Made by a program: the position numbers and the translations under genes. 64,000 bases of DNA, from assembly GCF_030013595.1 (NCBI RefSeq), contig NZ_CP122768.1. One strand, given 5' to 3'. This DNA is from Escherichia coli. Its GTDB lineage: Bacteria; Pseudomonadota; Gammaproteobacteria; Enterobacterales; Enterobacteriaceae. Below, piece after piece: positions 63,574-64,000 of the stretch (the first letter of the stretch is position 1; every line of letters starts with the position of its first letter). Below the pieces are notes generated by a model. It had not been told where the DNA came from, searched no databases, and worked only from the letters and a program-made list of their open reading frames with translations.

Positions 63574-64000
<427 letters not shown>

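Overview
This 64 kb window reads as an Escherichia coli-type chromosome segment, collinear (in reverse orientation) with the K-12 rrnH-aspU-dkgB ... dnaQ-aspV ... fadE-gmhA-yafJ-yafK-yafL region. Three accessory blocks sit in it. (1) Positions 1-33,000 carry most of a Flag-2 lateral flagellar locus (lafZ partial, lafW-like, lfgL-lfgA, lfgMN, lfiJ-lfiE, lafK, lfiMNPQR, lfhBA), with all ORFs apparently intact, next to yafL. Embedded in it are an AT-rich EcoRII-like restriction enzyme plus Dcm-like methyltransferase pair that splits the lfgA-lfgMN operon, and a predicted glycan/glycerol-phosphate modification module (a three-domain GT2 + GT25 + TagF-like transferase behind a sigma-54 promoter, and a TagD-like cytidylyltransferase fused to the end of the lfiEFGHIJ operon). 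(2) Positions 40,400-54,900 hold a degenerate type VI secretion island beside tRNA-Asp aspV: tssB, tssC truncated by an IS66-family element with no target-site duplication, tssF frameshifted in a T7 run, and no hcp/vgrG/tssJKLM, but with an intact candidate effector-immunity pair (M15/LAS peptidase plus a small secreted protein). (3) A SymE-family toxin remnant and a small orphan ORF lie next to the IS. All calls are from reading the sequence and ORF translations; no database search was run.
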